The notes beneath the pieces were generated by a model. It worked only from the letters and a program-made list of their open reading frames with translations. It searched no databases and was not told the origin of the DNA. Shown here piece by piece: positions 26,287 to 32,371 of a stretch of DNA of 32,371 nucleotides. A program made the position numbers and the translations under genes. Every line of letters begins with the position of its first letter. Positions within the stretch are counted from its first letter, which is position 1. Origin of the DNA: a virus (Duplodnaviria; Caudoviricetes); IMG/VR virus record IMGVR_UViG_3300016667_001185, positions 1 to 32,371 of that record; one strand, 5' to 3'.

Positions 26287-27047
26287 AGAAAGTTGAGTTT
26301 AAAGATGGACTTGCTATTAATGGCGATTCTACTTCAAGAGATACACTTGAAGAAGTTAAAGCGTGGCTAGGCGAAGCCGGAGGTGTACCTTTGATCGCCA
26401 CCGATCCTCCGTATGGCAACATTGTCATGCAACACTGGGATCGAACAAAACTTACCGATGATCAATATGCCGATTACATGATCCAATGGACCAGGCTGTG
26501 GTCAGAGGCATTACTTCAAGGAGGAGCATTCTATGTCTGGGGAGGTATTGGACTTCCTGATTTCCGTCCTTTCATCAAGTATCTCACGAGAGTTGAAGAC
26601 GATAATTTTAAGATGGCCAATCTCATTACCTGGTCAAAGAAGCGGGCATATGGAGTCCAAAACAACTATCTCTTTACGCGTGAAGAACTCGCCTACTTCA
26701 TCAAAGGCAATCCAAAGAAACCACTGAAGTTCAACATTCCCCTCCTTGATACGAAGAGAGGTTACGCCGGTTATAACGAAAAATACCCGGCCAAGAGTGA
26801 GTTCTACCGTCGCACGAATGTTTGGATGGACGTAAATGAGATATTTAAAGGTAAGCTTCATCCAACGCAAAAAGCAGAACGAGTAGTAGAGATTCCAATA
26901 GAGGTACACACAGATCCAGACGATATCGTTATAGATCCATTTGCAGGTAGCGGCGCCACTGCTTTTGCTGCAAGAAAGCTTGGCAGAAAATTTATTGTCG
27001 TAGAAAAAGATGAAGAAATTTTTGAAAAAATGATTCAACGTCTTTGA
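26283..27047 (+). CDS. Amino-DNA methyltransferase (N6A/N4C, beta class)
   Basis: TDPPY precedes HPTQK and IDPFAGSG (motif IV before motif I). Confidence 0.92.
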   Translation: MKKVEFKDGLAINGDSTSRDTLEEVKAWLGEAGGVPLIATDPPYGNIVMQHWDRTKLTDDQYADYMIQWTRLWSEALLQGGAFYVWGGIGLPDFRPFIKYLTRVEDDNFKMANLITWSKKRAYGVQNNYLFTREELAYFIKGNPKKPLKFNIPLLDTKRGYAGYNEKYPAKSEFYRRTNVWMDVNEIFKGKLHPTQKAERVVEIPIEVHTDPDDIVIDPFAGSGATAFAARKLGRKFIVVEKDEEIFEKMIQRL

Positions 27048-27079
27048 TTGAATAAAAAGTTATTATAAAAGGCAAATTT

Positions 27080-27913
27080 ATGAAATTAGCGTGGGCAACT
27101 GATATTCATTTGGATTGCGTAAACGATGCTTCAGAAAAATTAAAGTTGCTCGCCGCAAATTCTAACGATTGCGATTCATATATCATAACAGGAGACATCA
27201 CTATTTCTCCATTATTAATTCAGCATCTTGAATTGATAGAAAGCACACTACAAAAACCCTTTTATTTTGTGCTTGGAAACCATGATTATTATTTTTCGGA
27301 TATTATTTCGACACGTTGTAAGGTCGCCCAGGTATGTAATTCGTTGTCTTTCGCACGATACCTCGCAACGGTTTCTTACATCAGAATAAAAAAAGATGTC
27401 GCGCTAGTAGGACATGATGGATGGTATGATGCCTTGAACGGCAATTATAACAACAACGAAATTTTGATGAATGATTGGATCAGAATTTCCGATTTTTCAT
27501 CAGCGATAAGATCCTCCTTAAATTCTCAAGTCATTAACAAAGAAGTCATAATTCGAACAGCAAGAGCTATTTGTCAGGCTTCTGTGAATCATGTCGCGAA
27601 TGGAATTAAATCAGCTATTCGTGATAAAAACTCGTGCATAATCGTAGCAACCCATGTTCCTCCATTCAAAGAATCTTATAATAGCGAAAAGTATAATAGC
27701 ATAAATTTCTCATCAGTTTTACCTTGGTATACATCTAAAACCATGGGAGATATGTTGATGCAAGCCGCTAAGACGTATCCTCATGTAAAGTTTATTGTCC
27801 TATCTGGACATGCTCATAGTCATTACGATGAGGATCTTCTTAATAATTTAAACGTTCGAGTAGGAAAATCTGCATATGGATCGCCACAGATTGCGGGGTA
27901 CGTCGATATTTAA
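27080..27913 (+). CDS. Calcineurin-like metallophosphoesterase
   Basis: TDIH, TGD, GNHD, THVPP, SGHAH. Confidence 0.92.
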   Translation: MKLAWATDIHLDCVNDASEKLKLLAANSNDCDSYIITGDITISPLLIQHLELIESTLQKPFYFVLGNHDYYFSDIISTRCKVAQVCNSLSFARYLATVSYIRIKKDVALVGHDGWYDALNGNYNNNEILMNDWIRISDFSSAIRSSLNSQVINKEVIIRTARAICQASVNHVANGIKSAIRDKNSCIIVATHVPPFKESYNSEKYNSINFSSVLPWYTSKTMGDMLMQAAKTYPHVKFIVLSGHAHSHYDEDLLNNLNVRVGKSAYGSPQIAGYVDI

Positions 27914-27932
27914 AATTCAGAGAGGTTCATAC

Positions 27933-28463
27933 ATGAAGAGAGCACTTCTCTTGAATTTTAACGGTGAACCATTACAATTCATAGATGGACCAAGAGCCAT
28001 CAAGCTTATGTTAAAAGGAAGAGCCGAGGTCGCTTCTGGAATGACAGGAGAACCTTGCTTTTGGGATGAAACCATTGCTACTACTTCGTCCAAGTTCAGA
28101 TTACCAGCTGTACTTAGGTTGAAGTATTATGTCAATAAAAGAACTTATAAGAAACCTCCTAGATTTCAAAAGAAAGTTTTATTTAACAGAGATGCTTGGA
28201 AATGTCAGTATTGCGGAATAGAATTGAATTATTCTGCCATCACGGTCGACCATATTTTCCCTGCATCTCGAGGCGGAAAAACAACATGGAAAAATTGTGT
28301 AGCTGCCTGCAAGCTGTGTAACAACAGTAAAGGCAATAAAACGCCTGAAGAAGCAGGTATGAGGTTATTAAAACAGCCACACGAGCCATCCACATTGCAT
28401 TATTGGGATTTGAATAAAACGTCTACGTGGTATGACGATTGGAATTTGTTCGTAATAACATAA
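27933..28463 (+). CDS. HNH endonuclease
   Basis: RDAWKCQYCG...TVDHIFPASRGGKTTWKNCVAACKLCNNSKG. Start at ATG 27933 (SD GAGG). Confidence 0.92.
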   Translation: MKRALLLNFNGEPLQFIDGPRAIKLMLKGRAEVASGMTGEPCFWDETIATTSSKFRLPAVLRLKYYVNKRTYKKPPRFQKKVLFNRDAWKCQYCGIELNYSAITVDHIFPASRGGKTTWKNCVAACKLCNNSKGNKTPEEAGMRLLKQPHEPSTLHYWDLNKTSTWYDDWNLFVIT

Positions 28464-28473
28464 ATTTTTGCTT

Positions 28474-28526
28474 CTCCTGTCGTTTCGTGTAGTAATATAA
28501 CAATTACGTAATAGTTATGACAGGAG
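28474..28526 (+). promoter_or_regulatory. RBS-sequestering hairpin enclosing the putative late promoter ATAGTTA (28511-28517)
   Basis: CTCCTGTC (28474-28481) is complementary to GACAGGAG (28519-28526), which contains the SD. Inner ATAAC/GTTAT pairing and palindrome ATTACGTAAT. Confidence 0.65.
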
Positions 28527-28536
28527 CTTTGTATTC

Positions 28537-29625
28537 ATGCGTCTAAGAATAACAGACCTACAAAAAATTGTCGAGCAGACAATTCAAGAAAAGCAAGCAA
28601 TTGATAGTTTTTGTGAGGAAATAAAGAAAGCATTCGGTCCGACAGTTGTCGTGTCCAACACTTTAGAATCGCTTGTAGAACAAGCGAATTATCGTCTAGA
28701 TGTTCTAGAAAGAACAGGACGAGAGTCGTACGTGTCATTTTCTTCAAAGATTGCATTGCAACTTTCTTCGCACAAAGATCCAGAAGTGAGACGTTTAGTC
28801 GTCAGGTTGCTTCCTGAGCATGCTGCCGTTAGCTTCATTAATGACAAAGATTCTAAAGTCCGCGTCACAGCAGCAAAAAAGTCTCCTTTAAAGTTAGTAG
28901 AAAACATGGCGAAGCTTCATAAGAATGATGATTCGTTACAAGATGTGTTGTTTCAAAAGCGTCTCGTAGAAGAAAAATCAGCTCTTGACCTTGCCAAACA
29001 AGGCCCTAAAGACGAAGATGAATTCTTAAGCGATTGGTGGTATGAAAAAACAGCTCGTCAATTGATCCAAGATTATGGAAGAACATTGGATACGACGTGG
29101 GTACCAACCGCAGTAAATCAGGTTTGTTCCAACAGATCATTCAACAGATATAACGTTGATCCTTATAAGTTGATGAAAGTTGTCGTAAAGATTATTGCAG
29201 ATCGTGATTCAGAAAAATTTGATAGGTTAGAGAATGCTCAAGTCTTCATAAAAGAATCTGCAAATATAGAGAGAATAGATCATGATGAAGCTGCGGATTT
29301 AGTATCTGAATTGTTGGAGTCTAAACTTTCTCAGAGTGAGTATTTGCAACGAGCAGATGTCATATTTGGAATCAAATACTCTTCAATTCCTCCTGGCATA
29401 AAGAAGTATGCTTTAGGTGAAAGCAAGAAAGAGAATGTTGAAGTTCCAATCGTAGGTTCTTTACCACACTTGCTTTCTCCTCGTTTCGTAGACGAGAAAG
29501 CTTTAGACACTTACGTTAACTATTGGAATTCTCGTCAATCCTTGAAAGGTGAGCCTTACAAGCTGTCGTGGGCTTCTCACGTTAGTTCTCAAAACAAAAT
29601 TAATTTTCATTTGGAGTTGAAGTAA
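28537..29625 (+). CDS. Hypothetical protein with the shared N-terminal tag and HEAT-like repeats
   Basis: Begins MRLRITDLQKIVEQTIQE; HKDPEVRRLVVRLL and DKDSKVRVTAAKK. Confidence 0.75.
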   Translation: MRLRITDLQKIVEQTIQEKQAIDSFCEEIKKAFGPTVVVSNTLESLVEQANYRLDVLERTGRESYVSFSSKIALQLSSHKDPEVRRLVVRLLPEHAAVSFINDKDSKVRVTAAKKSPLKLVENMAKLHKNDDSLQDVLFQKRLVEEKSALDLAKQGPKDEDEFLSDWWYEKTARQLIQDYGRTLDTTWVPTAVNQVCSNRSFNRYNVDPYKLMKVVVKIIADRDSEKFDRLENAQVFIKESANIERIDHDEAADLVSELLESKLSQSEYLQRADVIFGIKYSSIPPGIKKYALGESKKENVEVPIVGSLPHLLSPRFVDEKALDTYVNYWNSRQSLKGEPYKLSWASHVSSQNKINFHLELK

Positions 29626-30182
29626 TGAAAAAGAAAATGTCGGAATCGATGGAAGTAATTTTGACTGTTGAACCTAACTTGAGCATTGTAACAGAAAATA
29701 TGCTTGCTGAGTGGGGAGGAATACCTTATTCGCAGTTATCTGTTGTGCTGGTTCATTTAAAGTTCCTAGCAGAGATTCATCAGAATCATCACTGGACGTG
29801 CATGAGCGATCCTTTTTACGGAGATCATTTACTTTTTTCTCGTATTTATGACGCCACAAAATGCGAAATTGATTCAGTCGCAGAAAAATCTATTGGAATG
29901 GGTTCTGTTGCAAACGTAGACATACATTTGATGACTTCACAATTGTTGAAGCTTGTTTCTGGATATGGGATGACGTCTACTATACCTCAACCTTCTGATT
30001 TAGCTCGTAGATCTTTGCTCGCTGAAATGAATTTTTTGAAAGTGATTGATCACATGATGGTTTCTTTAGACGAATGTGGAATGTTATCCAACGGCATAGA
30101 CAATATGTTGCAGGGGATTGCTGACGTTCATGAAGGCCATGTGTATCTCTTAAAGCAAAGATGCACTAAAGGTATGTATTGA
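29625..30182 (+). CDS. Dps/ferritin-like protein
   Basis: HQNHHW....PFYGDHLLFSRIYD....IDSVAEK matches the Dps ferroxidase pattern; C-terminal HEGHVYLL. Confidence 0.8.
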   Translation: MKKKMSESMEVILTVEPNLSIVTENMLAEWGGIPYSQLSVVLVHLKFLAEIHQNHHWTCMSDPFYGDHLLFSRIYDATKCEIDSVAEKSIGMGSVANVDIHLMTSQLLKLVSGYGMTSTIPQPSDLARRSLLAEMNFLKVIDHMMVSLDECGMLSNGIDNMLQGIADVHEGHVYLLKQRCTKGMY

Positions 30183-30193
30183 GGGATAAAAAA

Positions 30194-30664
30194 ATGAAAT
30201 TAACTGCGACAAAATTAAGACAGATTATCAGGGAAGAAGTCAGTCTAGCAAAAACTGACGATTCTACTCGTTTTTTACATGGATCTGATTCAGGTCATCC
30301 AATGGATGATGAAGGATACATGGTAAAATCGCAAATGGCTTCCTTAAAAGAAATGGCAACAGAAGTTTGTGATCTTCTTAATGATGAAGATCAATTACCA
30401 GGATGGGTTCAAAGTCACGTCGCAGTTGCTCATGAAAATCTTCAGCAGGTTCATGGATATTTGACCGGTGATGAGAAGATGAGAGGACAAGAACAACCTC
30501 AAAGCATGATGCCACTAGTTCCAGAAAATTTCAAACGCTTCAGCACTCTCGTTGAAGGGCATAATAGAATCACGACGCAAGAGATTGAAGAGTGGAAAAA
30601 AGGAAATTGGGGATTTGTCGACGAAGATCTTAATGAATCTTCAAAAGACGACGAAGATTACTGA
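30194..30664 (+). CDS. Hypothetical protein with the shared N-terminal tag
   Basis: Begins MKLTATKLRQIIREEV; core DDEGYMVKSQM...LPGWVQSH; LVE and LNE sites. SD GAGG. Confidence 0.8.
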   Translation: MKLTATKLRQIIREEVSLAKTDDSTRFLHGSDSGHPMDDEGYMVKSQMASLKEMATEVCDLLNDEDQLPGWVQSHVAVAHENLQQVHGYLTGDEKMRGQEQPQSMMPLVPENFKRFSTLVEGHNRITTQEIEEWKKGNWGFVDEDLNESSKDDEDY

Positions 30665-30717
30665 CGTTATCATAATTTTTGATAAATTTACTTGCTCTTT
30701 GTGTATAGTCAAAATAT

Positions 30718-31791
30718 ATGCAAAGAGCAGTTTGTTTTGATGACGTTCTTTTGGTTCCTCAGTTATCAGATATCGAGAGTAGATCGTGCGTGGATCTTTC
30801 CGTAACTGGATTTGAAACTCCTTTCGCAAAATTGTCCGACAAGCACACACATTTAAAATGTCCTATTGTCGGTTCTCCCATGGATACCGTGATGGGTCCT
30901 CAATCTGCTGCAGCTATTGCTCACGTTGGAGGATTTGGGATCTTACATCGTTATTGTTCAATTGAAGATTCTAAACAGATGTTCATTGAAACAATTAAGT
31001 TAATTTCGGATGAACTTGATGAAACGTCTCAACATTTGTCTCAAAATGTAATGGTCGCCATTGGAGCAACGAACGATTATTTTGAGAGAGCTACTGAACT
31101 TTACAACGCTGGTTGCAGAGCTTTTTGTATTGACGTAGCTCATGGTCATCACGTAAACGTAAAAAATGCTTTAAACAAATTAAGAAGCAAGTTTGGAAAA
31201 AAGATCCATGTTATGACAGGGAATGTCGCAACGTTGGAAGCCTTTAATGATCTTGCTGACTGGGGTTCTGATTCCATCAGAACAGGAGTCGGAGGCGGAT
31301 CTATGTGTACAACTCGAATTCGTACAGGTCATGGCGTTCCAACATTACAATCGATCATCGATTGTGCAAAATCCGATAGAGATGTTTACATCGTTGCAGA
31401 TGGTGGAATTAGAAACAGTGGTGACGCTGTCAAAGCCCTCGCCGCTGGTGCTGACATGATTATGCTGGGATCTATCCTTGCTGGCCATGATGAATCTCCT
31501 GGAACCGTCGTATTGAAAGATCATCAACGTTTTAAGAAGTTTCGTGGAATGGCTTCCAGAGAAGCGCAACTTGAATGGCGTGGAAAAGTGTCAGTTGCTG
31601 AAGGAGAATCTACTTTAGTTCCTTACAAAGGTGCTTTGAGCGATACTCTCGTTGATCTCTTGGAGGGAATTCGCTCAGGTTTATCTTATTCAGGAGCAAG
31701 AAATATTAGAGAATTTCGTGCGAAGTCCAAATTCATAGGGGTATCCACTAACGGAGTTTTAGAAAATGGACCTCACGGAAAAAAGCACTGA
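30718..31791 (+). CDS. IMP dehydrogenase / GMP reductase family enzyme lacking CBS domains
   Basis: [32 protein letters not shown] (catalytic Cys), [23 protein letters not shown]. Confidence 0.9.
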   Translation: MQRAVCFDDVLLVPQLSDIESRSCVDLSVTGFETPFAKLSDKHTHLKCPIVGSPMDTVMGPQSAAAIAHVGGFGILHRYCSIEDSKQMFIETIKLISDELDETSQHLSQNVMVAIGATNDYFERATELYNAGCRAFCIDVAHGHHVNVKNALNKLRSKFGKKIHVMTGNVATLEAFNDLADWGSDSIRTGVGGGSMCTTRIRTGHGVPTLQSIIDCAKSDRDVYIVADGGIRNSGDAVKALAAGADMIMLGSILAGHDESPGTVVLKDHQRFKKFRGMASREAQLEWRGKVSVAEGESTLVPYKGALSDTLVDLLEGIRSGLSYSGARNIREFRAKSKFIGVSTNGVLENGPHGKKH

Positions 31792-31796
31792 TCAGA

Positions 31797-32264
31797 TTAT
31801 TTTTCTCCAGGCCATTTTCCAGTGGCCTTATGCATCATCCATGCAGCTGCCGCCGCGGGATCTTCTGCCCATCCTGAAACTTTTTTCATTTTTTGAGCAA
31901 AGCTTTTTGTTCCTTTAAGAATTTTTTTTGCTGTCTTTTTTGAAGGACCTTTTTTCTTCTTAGCTTCATTTACAGTCCCACAAGAGCAGCCGCCTGTCGG
32001 TTGTAGATTCATCATTCCACACGCCGGACAAACGTTGCTATCTTGGCAAGTACATTGATCGACTGGCATCCTACAAGCTCCACAAATCTCTGAAGAGGGT
32101 TCTTCATGTGAGCTGCATCCACAGCTGCCCATTGAGTCAACTTCAACAGGCATCATCCCACATTCTGAACATGAATCTATCTCATTCCTAACACCTACTG
32201 CAGGTTCTCCCGCGTAAGATCCGATAGGTTCCCCAAATGTCTCTACCAAATTTTTGTTCTTCAT
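31797..32264 (-). CDS. Cys-rich protein (three CxxC...CxC units) with a basic C-terminal domain
   Basis: Likely start ATG at 32264 (MKNKNLVET), 5 nt after ATATTTA. Twelve Cys in three units, then VNE-AKKKKGPSKK. Confidence 0.7.
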   Translation of the reverse strand: MKNKNLVETFGEPIGSYAGEPAVGVRNEIDSCSECGMMPVEVDSMGSCGCSSHEEPSSEICGACRMPVDQCTCQDSNVCPACGMMNLQPTGGCSCGTVNEAKKKKGPSKKTAKKILKGTKSFAQKMKKVSGWAEDPAAAAAWMMHKATGKWPGEK

Positions 32265-32316
32265 GTGCTTAAATATGCGGCTACATGAGATCATAATTTG
32301 CAAAAGAAATTTTGTG

Positions 32317-32346
32317 GTGCAAAACAGTTTGCTGTAAAGATATAGT
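32317..32346 (+). promoter_or_regulatory. Sigma70-like promoter (divergent from the Cys-rich gene), predicted leaderless transcript
   Basis: GTGCAA-18-TATAGT-6-ATG(32353). Confidence 0.5.
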
Positions 32347-32352
32347 GTTGCT

Positions 32353-32371
32353 ATGTCAAACAGCAAGAAGG
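32353..32371 (+). CDS. Probable start of a gene running off the window (MSNSKK...)
   Basis: ATG sits at the same spacing from the promoter as the other predicted leaderless genes. Confidence 0.35.

Noticed and set aside
32265-32366. N-terminal extension of the reverse ORF to 32366
   Set aside because: It overlaps the divergent promoter region. ATG 32264 next to the ATATTTA motif is a better start.
1-32371. tRNA or rRNA genes, IS elements, integrase
   Set aside because: None recognised. Intergenic spaces are short and lack cloverleaf, T-loop or terminal-repeat signatures.

Overview
A 32 kb fragment of a large, T4-like myovirus (uncultured Caudoviricetes). It uses the standard genetic code and is almost entirely + strand. 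1-11 kb is a tail/baseplate block: the end of a tape-measure-like protein, a 1505-aa chimera (repeats + TM helix + tube-initiator-like domain), a LysM/gpX-like protein and a baseplate hub-like protein. 11-18.6 kb covers replication and recombination: a compact family-A polymerase, an HD hydrolase, a gp32-like SSB, RecA/UvsX, dUTPase, a 5'-3' exonuclease and a DnaB-like helicase. 18.7-24 kb is nucleotide metabolism: class II RNR, ThyX, dTMP kinase and an all-alpha NTP pyrophosphatase. The rest is accessory: Hsp20, a DNA MTase, a metallophosphoesterase, HNH, a Dps/ferritin-like protein and an IMPDH/GMPR-family enzyme. Three linked signals were read directly from the sequence. (1) Several otherwise unrelated proteins share an N-terminal tag M-[KR]-L-x4-L-x2-I-[IV]-x-[EQ] and/or [LV]-x-E sites, suggesting head-packaged, protease-processed cargo. 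(2) The heptamer ATA(T/G/A)TTA sits just upstream of several of these genes and is a candidate late promoter; at one gene it is coupled to an RBS-sequestering hairpin. (3) Sigma70-like promoters with an 18-bp spacer end 6-7 nt before start codons, predicting leaderless mRNAs. All calls come from motif recognition by eye; no searches were run.
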